A DNA stretch of 39,069 nt from a virus (IMGVR_UViG_3300017766_002297:1-39069), one strand, 5' to 3'; counted from the stretch's first letter, positions 1 through 9,276 are shown. Translations and numbers: made by a program. The notes: generated by a model from the letters alone, not told the origin.

Positions 1-123
1 AACTTAAAACAATAATTATGAAAACACCAACAATTGAAGAAGTAATCGAGCATTTTAAAGATGCTGAAATAGTATCAGGTTTGATTAATAATTTCGATAT
101 ATCTAAATGTTTACATACGTTAG
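1..123. repeat. Terminal direct repeat, copy 1 (123 bp)
   Basis: 1-123 is identical to 38947-39069 (aacttaaaac...atacgttag); indicates a circular or permuted assembly with unit length 38,946 bp. Confidence 0.97.
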
Positions 124-779
124 ATTATAGCGATAAACAATACTGGGTAAACGACGATGGAAGTTATAGAGTTGTTTGGAATAAGCAGTTAGGGTATTGT
201 AAAATTATTTCCTATAAAAAATACGACCTATCAAAACTTACCCAAGAACACATCCAAGAACTAATCAAAGAACCAAACATACACGAAATGTTTGTGCGGA
301 TTGGGGTGGTTAAGAATGAAATACCTTACGGAGTGTGGGTTTTAGATGATAACTTTCCAAAATGGATGTTATTATGTAATAAAGAAAATGCTTACGGATT
401 TAATGGTGAGGGAGATTGGATTAATATTAATAGCCATATCAATCCGAACTTATGCAATAGACATCGCATAGCCACCCCCGAAGAAGTTACCAAACGATTG
501 ATTGAGTATGCTAAGGAAACGTACAAAGGTAAAACTGCTAAATGTTTGCATAGATGTTTAGATTTTGATTATGAAAAGCATTATAAGTCTTTTAGGTATG
601 ATGGTTTTGCATTAAGATACGAAGATAATTCTGGTGTCGGTTGTTTATTTGAGGCTAATAGTGGCAAGTGGTCAGAACCTATCCAACCCGAAACCTACAT
701 AAAAATCCCTCTTTCAGAAATTAAAGCAACTCCGAACTATTATTCACTCGGTGCGCTTGTGGTTAAAAAAATGGATTAG
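18..779 (+). CDS. Hypothetical early protein
   Basis: 253-aa ORF with A-rich leader AATAATTATG; no motif recognised. Confidence 0.8.
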   Translation: MKTPTIEEVIEHFKDAEIVSGLINNFDISKCLHTLDYSDKQYWVNDDGSYRVVWNKQLGYCKIISYKKYDLSKLTQEHIQELIKEPNIHEMFVRIGVVKNEIPYGVWVLDDNFPKWMLLCNKENAYGFNGEGDWININSHINPNLCNRHRIATPEEVTKRLIEYAKETYKGKTAKCLHRCLDFDYEKHYKSFRYDGFALRYEDNSGVGCLFEANSGKWSEPIQPETYIKIPLSEIKATPNYYSLGALVVKKMD

Positions 780-784
780 CAGTT

Positions 785-1105
785 ATGAAGCTATACACGA
801 CCTTAGAAATAGCAAACGAAATAGGAATAACACCGCAATCAGTTTTAAAACGGGCAAAGCGTTTGAATATTGAACCAATCGAAAAAGTTTTAAATAAGTA
901 TTTTTTATTCAATTTTGACCAAAAGATGGAACTTGTTTTCTTTGGCAGTAAAGTAGTTCGAGTAGAGAAACACCCCGAAATAACAATTATTAAAACTCAT
1001 TCAGAATATTGGATTGCTCAAAGTTTAATCAGTCAAATACCATACCCGATAGAGTATGCGAAAACATTAACCAATCCACCACACTCAAACGTGGTGGATA
1101 ATTGA
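785..1105 (+). CDS. HTH DNA-binding protein
   Basis: N-terminal YTTLEIANEIGITPQSVLKRAKRL has a helix-turn-helix pattern. Confidence 0.7.
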   Translation: MKLYTTLEIANEIGITPQSVLKRAKRLNIEPIEKVLNKYFLFNFDQKMELVFFGSKVVRVEKHPEITIIKTHSEYWIAQSLISQIPYPIEYAKTLTNPPHSNVVDN

Positions 1106-1123
1106 AAGTAAAATTAATTATTT

Positions 1124-2029
1124 ATGAAAACCGTAAATACTATTAGTGGTGGCAAAAGTTCAGCAACTAATTCAATATTGCACCCCGCTGATTACAATGT
1201 TTTTTCTTTAGTTAGGATTGAAAGACCGCCAATTACAGAAACTCGTTTTGATTGTAGTTGGATGAATGGAAAAGATGAGCCAACTCGAAAATTAATTGAA
1301 GATAGAATAGGAAAAGAGTTTTACGGAACCGCAGAAGACGATACTATTATTTATACAATACTTGATTTAGAACAAGTATTAGGGCAAGAGATTAAAATAA
1401 TTAGCGGTGAAACATTCGACCACGTTATTAAAAATGCGGGTCGTTGTTTACCCGACCCATTACGTAGATTTTGTACCGAAGAAATGAAAATGAAACCAAT
1501 GTTTAATTGGTGGAAAGAAACTATAAATGAACCCGCAGAATTTAGAATAGGTTACAGAAAAGGAGAAGAAAAAAGAGCCGTTAAACTTATTAAAAAGCTA
1601 AATCCTAATGGTTTTTTAGATATGAAAACTATTGTTGGAAAGTCTAAAAACGGAAAAAGAAATAAATGGGGTAATATTGAATGGCAAAAACCCGTTTTCA
1701 AACTTATTGATGCTTTAATTACAAGGGATTTTGTAGAGAATTTTGTATTAAACTATAATATTCGTTTTTCAGACAAAAATAATTGTGGAAATTGCTTTCA
1801 CGCAGACCCTTTATTTATGGCTCATAGAGCAAGACTAAACGAAAATATAAGACAAGTTTTATTGTGGGCTGGAACTAAAGAAAGAATAAAACATAAAAAG
1901 GATGTTTGGTTTAAAGATAGGCAAATAACAATGGAAGATATTTTAAAACTTGCAGAACAATACACTTTTTTAGACGAGTTGACCGAATCAGACTTTAATG
2001 ATTGTGATAGCGGTTATTGCGGTTATTGA
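1124..2029 (+). CDS. PAPS reductase-like / adenine-nucleotide alpha-hydrolase (PP-loop) protein
   Basis: ISGGKSS PP-loop, RRFCTEEMKMKP, IGYRKGE, NCGNCF and C-terminal CDSGYCG. Confidence 0.75.
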   Translation: MKTVNTISGGKSSATNSILHPADYNVFSLVRIERPPITETRFDCSWMNGKDEPTRKLIEDRIGKEFYGTAEDDTIIYTILDLEQVLGQEIKIISGETFDHVIKNAGRCLPDPLRRFCTEEMKMKPMFNWWKETINEPAEFRIGYRKGEEKRAVKLIKKLNPNGFLDMKTIVGKSKNGKRNKWGNIEWQKPVFKLIDALITRDFVENFVLNYNIRFSDKNNCGNCFHADPLFMAHRARLNENIRQVLLWAGTKERIKHKKDVWFKDRQITMEDILKLAEQYTFLDELTESDFNDCDSGYCGY

Positions 2030-2105
2030 TAACCATTCCAAACAACGCCCACCCATTGCGGAAATGGGAAATAATTAATAAATTTAATAACTAAAAAGTA
2101 GAATT

Positions 2106-2390
2106 ATGGAAAAATATCAATACGGGGCAATGTCTTCGAAATATCAAATTATAGCAGACAATAAACTTACTGCATACGCTACAATGGTTTTACACTACAA
2201 TAGGTCAGCACATTTAATTGCAATTTACGAGCCGATTGAATGTAAAGAGGATAGTTGGCTTAATATTACGGGGCAAATTTCAGAACGGTTAGATGAAATA
2301 TTTGGTGGTGTAGATTCGTTTGATAAATACGTTGATGAAAATATTGAACAAATTAAGGAATGTTATAAAAGTTTAACGCAAATAATTTAA
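2106..2390 (+). CDS. Hypothetical protein
   Basis: 94-aa ORF with leader AACTAAAAAGTAGAATTATG. Confidence 0.8.
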   Translation: MEKYQYGAMSSKYQIIADNKLTAYATMVLHYNRSAHLIAIYEPIECKEDSWLNITGQISERLDEIFGGVDSFDKYVDENIEQIKECYKSLTQII

Positions 2391-2392
2391 CC

Positions 2393-2560
2393 ATGAAAAA
2401 CTTTCACGAATTTTGCAACTACTACCGAGGTATTGACTTTTACACGAAAAAAGGTAGACGATTATGGAAATTTGAGGTTTATTGGTCAAAACTTACAATA
2501 CCTCAAATAGACAAAGAATTAGTACAAAGGGAACGACCCGAGAATATTATAAATTATTAA
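2393..2560 (+). CDS. Small hypothetical protein (55 aa, not in ORF track)
   Basis: MKNFHEFCNYYRGIDFYTKKGRRLWKFEVYWSK...; fills the gap between neighbouring genes. Confidence 0.6.
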   Translation: MKNFHEFCNYYRGIDFYTKKGRRLWKFEVYWSKLTIPQIDKELVQRERPENIINY

Positions 2561-2570
2561 AACTGAAATT

Positions 2571-3062
2571 ATGGCAAATTACAGAAAGGTTTACAAATCA
2601 GACCACTTAGGAGTAGTAGATTTAGAGGAAATGTTAGAGGACGGAAAACCTTTAATATTCACAATTAAGCACGTTAAACAAGAGTACGGAGCAGTTGTAG
2701 CTGGAAACAAAGGCGATTTTAATATCGCTTACTTTGTTGAACCAATTAAACCAATGGTATTGAATGCGGGTAACGCCTCAATTATAAGAGGTTTTTCAGA
2801 GGGTAAAAGCACCGATACTGACAAATGGGTAAACATACCTATTGAATTATACATTGATGCAAATGTAAAAATGAAAGGTCAAATAGTTGGCGGTATGAGA
2901 ATAAAACCTATTCAACCATCTTTAACTCCAAAAGAAAAACCATTGTTTACCGAAGCAAATTTTGAGGCGGCCAAAAAAGCAAAGGCAACCATTGACCAAA
3001 TAAAAGAACGTTATACTATAACCGCAGAAATTGAAGCATTATGGAACAAGTACAACGTTTAG
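2571..3062 (+). CDS. Hypothetical protein, candidate ssDNA-annealing partner of the exonuclease
   Basis: Overlaps the YqaJ gene and occupies the usual recombinase position; function inferred from synteny only. Confidence 0.5.
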   Translation: MANYRKVYKSDHLGVVDLEEMLEDGKPLIFTIKHVKQEYGAVVAGNKGDFNIAYFVEPIKPMVLNAGNASIIRGFSEGKSTDTDKWVNIPIELYIDANVKMKGQIVGGMRIKPIQPSLTPKEKPLFTEANFEAAKKAKATIDQIKERYTITAEIEALWNKYNV

Positions 3063-3658
3063 ATAGTTGGTATAAGGATAGATTAGGAAAGTTTACTGCG
3101 TCTGAAATACATCGTTTAATGGGTGTGCAAGGATTAGGGGAAACGGGAAAAACCTACGCTATTGAAAAAGCTATCGAGGAATTATTCGGTCAAGTTGAGG
3201 AAAACTATGTTAGTTACGACATGCAAAAAGGGATTGATTTAGAGCCTTTAGCATTAGCAAAAATAACCGAATTAAAATCAATGTTATTTTTAGACGTTTC
3301 TACTTGCGGTTTTATTTCAAAAGATAAAAATAGCGGTAGCAGTCCCGATGGTAAAGTTTCTGACAACTCAGTAATTGAAATTAAATGCCCGAAAGTAGAA
3401 ACATTTATGAAATTAGTAGTTTCTAATATTATAGATAAAAAATACTATTTTCAGATGCAAAAACAAATTGATGATACCGATAGTGACAAAGCGTATTTTT
3501 TCAACTATTGTGTTATCGATGGTGTTGAATATTATCACGAGATAGTAGTTCAGCGTGACCAAAAAACGATTGATTTAATCAACGAAAGAATTAAAGAAGC
3601 GGTTGAAATTAAAAACGAATTTATTAAACAATTAAATAAAAATAAACAATGGAAGTAG
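3041..3658 (+). CDS. YqaJ / lambda-exonuclease family protein
   Basis: W..RLGKFTASE, G..LEP.A, SSPDG, IEIKCP and YYFQMQ motifs. Confidence 0.92.
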   Translation: MEQVQRLDSWYKDRLGKFTASEIHRLMGVQGLGETGKTYAIEKAIEELFGQVEENYVSYDMQKGIDLEPLALAKITELKSMLFLDVSTCGFISKDKNSGSSPDGKVSDNSVIEIKCPKVETFMKLVVSNIIDKKYYFQMQKQIDDTDSDKAYFFNYCVIDGVEYYHEIVVQRDQKTIDLINERIKEAVEIKNEFIKQLNKNKQWK

Positions 3659-3933
3659 TAGGAAAAGTAAAGGCAATTAATCCAGTTCAACAAGTATCGG
3701 ATTCATTCAAAAAACAAGAATTAGTAGTTACAACAGATGAACAATATCCGCAACACATTTTAATTGAGTTCAATCAGGATAAATGTAGTAAATTAGATTC
3801 GGTTGGTGTAGGAGATGAAGTGAAAGTAAGTATCAATTTACGTGGTCGTGAGTGGGTAAATCCGCAAGGAGAAACTAAATATTTCAATCAGATTCAAGGA
3901 TGGAATATTGAGGTTACTAAAAAGAATTTTTAA
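3649..3933 (+). CDS. Single-stranded DNA-binding protein, DUF3127 type
   Basis: FKKQELVV, YPQ.I..EF, V.INLRGREW, YFNQIQGW; OB-fold family typical of Bacteroidota. Confidence 0.88.
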   Translation: MEVVGKVKAINPVQQVSDSFKKQELVVTTDEQYPQHILIEFNQDKCSKLDSVGVGDEVKVSINLRGREWVNPQGETKYFNQIQGWNIEVTKKNF

Positions 3934-3940
3934 CTAAATT

Positions 3941-3975
3941 AAATCCGAATTATTACAATGGTTCGGATTTTTTTT
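3941..3975 (+). terminator. Intrinsic terminator after the SSB gene
   Basis: AAATCCGAA...TTCGGATTT stem followed by a T run. Confidence 0.85.
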
Positions 3976-3976
3976 G

Positions 3977-4089
3977 TATGTTTGTATAGTCGAAGCACTA
4001 CCGACACTCAAAGTATAACGTTGTGAAAGCAATGTAACCGAGAAAGCCAATAGATAGTAGTGCATCTGTTGGCTTTTCTCTTTTTATTT
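3977..4089 (+). promoter_or_regulatory. Promoter (TATGTTTG) plus three-hairpin leader/attenuator of the helicase operon
   Basis: -7 box 3977-3984; hairpins 3989-4005, 4018-4035 (GAAA loop) and 4041-4077 with T tail; loops GCACTAC and GTAGTGC are complementary. Confidence 0.7.
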
Positions 4090-5730
4090 ATGAAACCATT
4101 CCCTGACCAAGAAAAATCCATTAACGAAATAATGGAAGCATTTGAAACTAACGACCGTCTATTTTTCTGTTTAGCAACTGGAGGCGGTAAAACCGCTTGT
4201 TTCTCATTTATTGCAAAACGATTTATAAAAAAATACGGTGGTAAAGTTTTAGCCTTAATGCACCGTGAGGAATTAATAAACCAAACTTTATCTACACTCC
4301 GAAAAATAGATGTTACTTGTGAAAGTGTAATTTCATCAAAAAAGAAAATGCACCATAATTCAAGCGTGTACGTTGCGATGGTGCAAACACTTAAAAACCG
4401 ACTAAGAAACGATATAAATTTCTTAAAAGATGTAGGGTTGATTATTTGCGATGAGGCGCATTTATTACAATATGATGAAGTGTTACAAAATTACCCAAAC
4501 ACAAAAGTATTAGCAGTATCGGCCACGCCTACAACGATGAAAAAAATATACTTTACAATGTGTAATGTATGTCAAAAGCAATATGATAATATTGAAACGT
4601 GTTGTGGTTTTGAAACCTACGAGTATACACGAAAATTTACTTTGTCAGAAATATACGGGGAATTGATAATTGGAACATCAATAACTGAATTAATTTCCGA
4701 TGATAGATTAGTACGTGAATTGGTTTATTGTACTGGAAATATTGACCGAAGCGCATTAAAAATTGACAATAAAACTGGAGATTTTGATAATAAAAGTACA
4801 GATGAATATTACGGTAATCATTCGTTTGATGTGGTAAAAAACTATGAAGAGATTGCAAAGGGTAAAAAAACTATTATTTTTAACTCCAGTTCAAAAATAA
4901 ATGCGTTGGTACTTGATGCGTTTCTTGAAAAAGGATACGCAAACGTAAAATTATTTGATAGCGTAAACGAAACCGAAAACAGAAAAAAAGTACTTGAATG
5001 GTTTAAAAAAACGCCCGACGCTATTTTATTAAACGTAAATTGTTTTACTACTGGTTTTGACGAGCCAACGTTAGAATGTGTAATATTAAATCGTTCGACT
5101 AAATCATTGTCGTTATACCATCAAATGGTAGGCCGTGGAGGCCGAAAATGCACCGAAATATATAAACCATACTTTATACTTATTGATGGAGGTGGAAACG
5201 TTGAGGAGTTCGGTAAATGGTCGGATGAAGTAGATTGGAAAAGTCATTTTTACAATACTGAAAAACCAAAACCAAAAAAGGAAGCATTAGACCAAACTAA
5301 ACAATGTCCCGAATGCGGAATGATACACGCAAAAAACGAGGTTCAATGTCCCGAGTGTAATTTTTTATACGTTGACCAGCAGAAAGAAATAAAAACGAGT
5401 GGTGAGGTTGCAAAATTAATCGACGAAATACCAAAACCATCGGGGCACAAAATAGTAAAATACGTTTCAAAAATTGGTAGAGATAAAAATTTTGCGTGGA
5501 CTATTTTAATAAATCAAATTTTAGATTTATTTATATTTCATTCGGTAACTTTTGGCAGTTACTTACAAGCTGAAAAAAACGGAAAATTTGATTTGTCGAT
5601 GCGTGGACTTATAAAAGAACCATACCAAACAATCCAAAACTCAACACTTGAAAGCGGAACAATGAGAACCAAAGCATATATTATTAACAAAATAAAAAAG
5701 AAACTCGATGACTATTACACCCGAAAGTAA
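4090..5730 (+). CDS. SF2 DEAD/DEAH-box helicase with Zn ribbons
   Basis: ATGGGKT Walker A, DEAH, SATP, TTGFD.P, QMVGRGGR, CPEC x2; ATG 4090 preferred over GTG 4060, which lies inside the leader hairpin. Confidence 0.93.
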   Translation: MKPFPDQEKSINEIMEAFETNDRLFFCLATGGGKTACFSFIAKRFIKKYGGKVLALMHREELINQTLSTLRKIDVTCESVISSKKKMHHNSSVYVAMVQTLKNRLRNDINFLKDVGLIICDEAHLLQYDEVLQNYPNTKVLAVSATPTTMKKIYFTMCNVCQKQYDNIETCCGFETYEYTRKFTLSEIYGELIIGTSITELISDDRLVRELVYCTGNIDRSALKIDNKTGDFDNKSTDEYYGNHSFDVVKNYEEIAKGKKTIIFNSSSKINALVLDAFLEKGYANVKLFDSVNETENRKKVLEWFKKTPDAILLNVNCFTTGFDEPTLECVILNRSTKSLSLYHQMVGRGGRKCTEIYKPYFILIDGGGNVEEFGKWSDEVDWKSHFYNTEKPKPKKEALDQTKQCPECGMIHAKNEVQCPECNFLYVDQQKEIKTSGEVAKLIDEIPKPSGHKIVKYVSKIGRDKNFAWTILINQILDLFIFHSVTFGSYLQAEKNGKFDLSMRGLIKEPYQTIQNSTLESGTMRTKAYIINKIKKKLDDYYTRK

Positions 5731-6079
5731 GATACAACAAGAAGCATACAATTGGTTTAACAATACCTATTGTTTAAAACATCACAAACCATCATACATT
5801 ATTCATTCAGTACCGAACGGAATACCAATACCTATACCGAAAAAAGAACGTGCAAGGGCATTGGATTTGCTTAAAAAAACTGGAATGGTTAACGGAGTAT
5901 CAGACTTAATAATTCACATTGAAAACGGCAAATGTATAATGGCCGAATGCAAAACCGATACTGGATTACAATCAGAAGAACAAAAAGAAATTGAAAGAAA
6001 AATAAAAGCATTAGGTGGAGATTATTTTGTCTTTCGTTCACTTGCTGAATTTCAAACTAAAATAAAACTATACTTATGA
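5708..6079 (+). CDS. VRR-NUC domain nuclease
   Basis: ESKIQ, HSVPNG, GMVNGVSDL, ECKT..G.QS.EQ motifs. Confidence 0.88.
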   Translation: MTITPESKIQQEAYNWFNNTYCLKHHKPSYIIHSVPNGIPIPIPKKERARALDLLKKTGMVNGVSDLIIHIENGKCIMAECKTDTGLQSEEQKEIERKIKALGGDYFVFRSLAEFQTKIKLYL

Positions 6080-6585
6080 AAACAAAAGAAGCAATACAAC
6101 GATTGACTTACACAATATCGAAAAGCAATAAACCTAACGAAACGGATAAAGTCGCTCTTAATTCAGTAATAAAATATATTAATAATTTTGAGAAAGAAAC
6201 TATAAAAGATAACCTTTTATTTGCTAAATTGTACACCCTTGTTTTATCTGATTTTCTACTTCACTACAAAGATATTGATTTCGCAAACATTCAATTAAAT
6301 AAGGAATTATCAGCACCGCTTGAATCGCATATATTACTATTACAATCTCGTTTAAAAACTTTTGAGTTAGATACTTTTTTTAAACAAAACGGAATAGTTG
6401 ACCCGTTTATTATCGGAAAACCAGTTGCAGAAGCGGTTAAAAGATATAACGATAATAAAGAGATATTCCCAAAAATAAATACAAAGGAGCTTTTAGAAGT
6501 TATTGATTTATGGGATTATGATAATGTATGTTCACACCTTAACAGAAATATTAATGAATCAATAAATACTTATAAAAATGTTTGA
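6076..6585 (+). CDS. Hypothetical protein in the replication module
   Basis: 169-aa ORF overlapping both neighbours. Confidence 0.8.
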   Translation: MKTKEAIQRLTYTISKSNKPNETDKVALNSVIKYINNFEKETIKDNLLFAKLYTLVLSDFLLHYKDIDFANIQLNKELSAPLESHILLLQSRLKTFELDTFFKQNGIVDPFIIGKPVAEAVKRYNDNKEIFPKINTKELLEVIDLWDYDNVCSHLNRNINESINTYKNV

Positions 6586-7624
6586 TGAAATACCAATAGG
6601 AGATAAACCAGTCGAAAAAAAGTTAACATACGAGCAGATTTTAAAACTCCGTATTTTACCGACTGACGATATACCAAAACCTGAATCAGTTTTATTTTTC
6701 TACGATCAAATGGTAATGAGTAGGAAAAATATTTCGTGTATTACTGGTAAGGCAAAAGTTGGTAAAACATTTTTAATGACTTTATTAAATATTTCCGTAC
6801 TTAAAAAAGGTGAATTTGGTACTTTGCGTTCTTACTTGCCAAAAGGGAAAGATAAAATAATTTACATTGATACAGAACAATCGGACTATCATATATTATT
6901 GATATTGCAACGTATTCAAAAAGAAGTAGGAGTAGAAAAATTATTGATGTTTAATTTTGATGCAAAGAGCGTAGAAGAACGAAAAGATTTTACCCGTGAA
7001 TTAATATACAACACACGAGATTGTGGATTACTTGTAATAGATGGAATCGCAGACCTTATTTACGACCCGAACGATATACGGGAATCCTCTCAAATGGTAT
7101 CAGAATTACGCAAATGGGCGACTGATTGCGATATTCATATTTGTAATGTAATACATCAAAACCCGTCTGAAAACACAAAAATGCGTGGACACTTGGGAAC
7201 TATACTCACAAACAAATCCGAAACCGTTATACAAATCACATCGTCAAAAGAAAACGAATCTATAAAATTAGTTGAAACGTTGGCGACCCGAAACCGTAAG
7301 CCAGAAAACTGGAGTTTTGAAATTATAGAAGGACAACCCGTTATAATGGATGAATGTTACGAAGTACAAAAAGCGGGGCGTGTAGCCAAAAAACAACTAA
7401 CAGACCCCGAACGTATCGAAATACTCCGAACCGTTTACGCAGACGTTAGAAAAGATTTAGGATTAGGCTACACGGTTTTATGTGAAAAGGTAATTGAATC
7501 ATCAAAACTTGGAATAACTGGAGGCAAAGATTTTGTGAAATATGCCAAAGAAATGAATTGGATTTTAAATGATGGACCACGTACAAACTACTTTTTATCA
7601 GTAAATTCTGACCCATCGGTATAA
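6578..7624 (+). CDS. AAA_25 / RepA-like replicative helicase-ATPase with probable C-terminal winged helix
   Basis: GKAKVGKT Walker A, YIDTEQ, LLVIDGIADL Walker B, VIHQN, MRGHLG. Confidence 0.85.
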   Translation: MFDEIPIGDKPVEKKLTYEQILKLRILPTDDIPKPESVLFFYDQMVMSRKNISCITGKAKVGKTFLMTLLNISVLKKGEFGTLRSYLPKGKDKIIYIDTEQSDYHILLILQRIQKEVGVEKLLMFNFDAKSVEERKDFTRELIYNTRDCGLLVIDGIADLIYDPNDIRESSQMVSELRKWATDCDIHICNVIHQNPSENTKMRGHLGTILTNKSETVIQITSSKENESIKLVETLATRNRKPENWSFEIIEGQPVIMDECYEVQKAGRVAKKQLTDPERIEILRTVYADVRKDLGLGYTVLCEKVIESSKLGITGGKDFVKYAKEMNWILNDGPRTNYFLSVNSDPSV

Positions 7625-7873
7625 GGTATAAAAATACAATATGTTAAAATCATACCGATAAATGTAAGAAAAGTTCTTCGGTTTTATCGGTATAAAAATT
7701 AAATTTACAATTTCATACCGACTTTTAATAAATATAATTCAATAAAAATGTTAAAAATATTATCATTTAATAACAGAAATAATTTTTATACCGATAAATT
7801 CGTAATTATGTATCGGTATAATAACCCCCTATAAGGGGGGTTATACCTATACTTATAAATTTATACCGATAAA
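7615..7873. other. Putative replication origin with ATACCGA(TA) iterons
   Basis: Seven copies of ATACCGA/TCGGTAT in both orientations, an 18-bp inverted pair (7683-7700 / 7781-7798), an AT-rich core and a GC hairpin at 7821-7844. Confidence 0.75.
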
Positions 7874-7875
7874 CT

Positions 7876-8115
7876 ATGAAACTACAAATAAACAACGAAA
7901 CCCTAAACGTTACAATACTAAAAGAACCACAACTTTATAAAGGGCGGAGTATATTGTTATCAGGCATCGCAAAAAACGCAACACTACCACCAAAGTGGGT
8001 AGATGGTTGGAAGTACCATTGGATTTATACATTCCGTTACATCGGCACAGATGAATTTATTTCGTTTGAGTACGGATATTCGGATGAATTTGTTGGGGTT
8101 GTGAAAAATAAATGA
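7876..8115 (+). CDS. Hypothetical protein
   Basis: 79-aa ORF directly after the origin. Confidence 0.65.
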   Translation: MKLQINNETLNVTILKEPQLYKGRSILLSGIAKNATLPPKWVDGWKYHWIYTFRYIGTDEFISFEYGYSDEFVGVVKNK

Positions 8116-8123
8116 AAAAAAGT

Positions 8124-8153
8124 TTTGTAATTCAAAATATAGTATTATATTTG
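8124..8153 (+). promoter_or_regulatory. Bacteroidota primary-sigma promoter
   Basis: TTTG-N18-TATATTTG; the -33 element sits in the palindrome TTTTG-TAATT-CAAAA. Confidence 0.75.
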
Positions 8154-8185
8154 TATCAGAATTAACAACTAAAAAAATAGAAATT

Positions 8186-8356
8186 ATGACAACTCAAGAC
8201 TACACAAACAAAGTAAACGAATTAAATTCAAAATATCCAAACTTAAAAGCTGAATTAGTAAGTGGTTGGAATAATAGATTAGAAATAAAAGTTATAAATT
8301 CAGATAAAGCAAAAACATTAACAGAAATGTTTAGAAGTTTTAATTTTACTTTCTAA
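8186..8356 (+). CDS. Small hypothetical protein (56 aa, not in ORF track)
   Basis: MTTQDYTNKVNELNSKYPNLK...; consensus leader AACTAAAAAAATAGAAATTATG; TAATG coupling to the next gene. Confidence 0.8.
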   Translation: MTTQDYTNKVNELNSKYPNLKAELVSGWNNRLEIKVINSDKAKTLTEMFRSFNFTF

Positions 8357-8619
8357 TGACTTACAAACAAATACTAAAAGAATTAAATGAGGTAGATTTA
8401 AAAAAAGAATTTACCTCTGAATTTGAAAGTTTCATAAGTGCTGAATTATTATCAATGATTAAGCAAAGTGATAAAATACATTCAGTCGGTTCTTTAATTA
8501 GAATGCTATTAAAGAAATACGAAATTGAAAGCGATATTTGGCTTAGGTGGCAAAAAGTATTATTTTATTTTATGATGCCTAATTTTGAAAAACCTAAATT
8601 TATACACTATGTCAGATAA
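8356..8619 (+). CDS. Hypothetical protein
   Basis: 87-aa ORF, translationally coupled to the upstream gene. Confidence 0.75.
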   Translation: MTYKQILKELNEVDLKKEFTSEFESFISAELLSMIKQSDKIHSVGSLIRMLLKKYEIESDIWLRWQKVLFYFMMPNFEKPKFIHYVR

Positions 8620-8791
8620 AAGAGGCGGTCAACGCCCAAACGCAGGCCGACCAACCGCAACCGAACCGATGCTAAAAATATCGGTTACGGATTTAAAAGG
8701 CAAAACACAATCAAAACAATTCCGCACAACCGCTAAATTTGAAAACGTGGTTGAGGTGGTTGAGGAGTATTTGAAAAACTTAAAATTATAG
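8609..8791 (+). CDS. Small DNA-binding protein (GGxRxxAGRP motif)
   Basis: MSDKRGGQRPNAGRP N-terminus; ATG 8609 preferred over TTG 8585. Confidence 0.65.
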   Translation: MSDKRGGQRPNAGRPTATEPMLKISVTDLKGKTQSKQFRTTAKFENVVEVVEEYLKNLKL

Positions 8792-8794
8792 ATT

Positions 8795-9001
8795 ATGAGA
8801 AAAATTGGAAAAATTGGAAACTATTACGGTGGTTTATTTATTAAAAAGCACAAAGGAAAATATTATTGGATTATTGAGAACTATGATACTGATTTTAAAG
8901 ATATATCAGAGTGGGAAGAAATATCAGAAGCAGTCTACAATCAATTAAATTTAATAGAATATAACCCTTTAAAACTAACCCAATGGAAAACAGAAATTTA
9001 A
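8795..9001 (+). CDS. Hypothetical protein
   Basis: 68-aa ORF containing IGNYYGGL. Confidence 0.7.
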   Translation: MRKIGKIGNYYGGLFIKKHKGKYYWIIENYDTDFKDISEWEEISEAVYNQLNLIEYNPLKLTQWKTEI

Positions 9002-9032
9002 TTTTATCATTTGACCAAGTAAAGCCGTTGTT

Positions 9033-9239
9033 ATGACAGATATCCAAATAAAAGCAAGGGAAATTGTTATTAAAATGCAATTTCAACAAGTACCGATAAC
9101 GTTTGAACAAGCTAAACATTGTTCTTTAGTTGCAATAGAATTAATAATAAATAACATTGCTGATTTATTAGGCGGTATCGAATACCATCAAGAATTGAAT
9201 CATTGGGAGGAAATAAAAACAGAAATTGAAAATTTATAA
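9033..9239 (+). CDS. Hypothetical protein, paralogous to 33063-33311
   Basis: Shares the pattern IKA.EI..KM...F..AK.C......LI...W..I. Confidence 0.75.
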   Translation: MTDIQIKAREIVIKMQFQQVPITFEQAKHCSLVAIELIINNIADLLGGIEYHQELNHWEEIKTEIENL

Positions 9240-9276
9240 TTTCACCACCAAAACAACGTATATTAAAAAATAATTG

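Noticed and set aside
1-123. 123-bp terminal repeat as a biological DTR or att site
   Set aside because: It cuts through a coding region, and the PBSX/SPP1-like TerL suggests headful packaging; most likely an assembly overlap.
7615-7873. Repeats as a CRISPR or mini-array
   Set aside because: Units are only 7-18 bp, in mixed orientation and irregularly spaced; no cas genes are present.
8983-9036. 17-codon ORF MENRNLILSFDQVKPLL bridging two genes
   Set aside because: Too short to support without expression or conservation data, despite the ATGA overlap.
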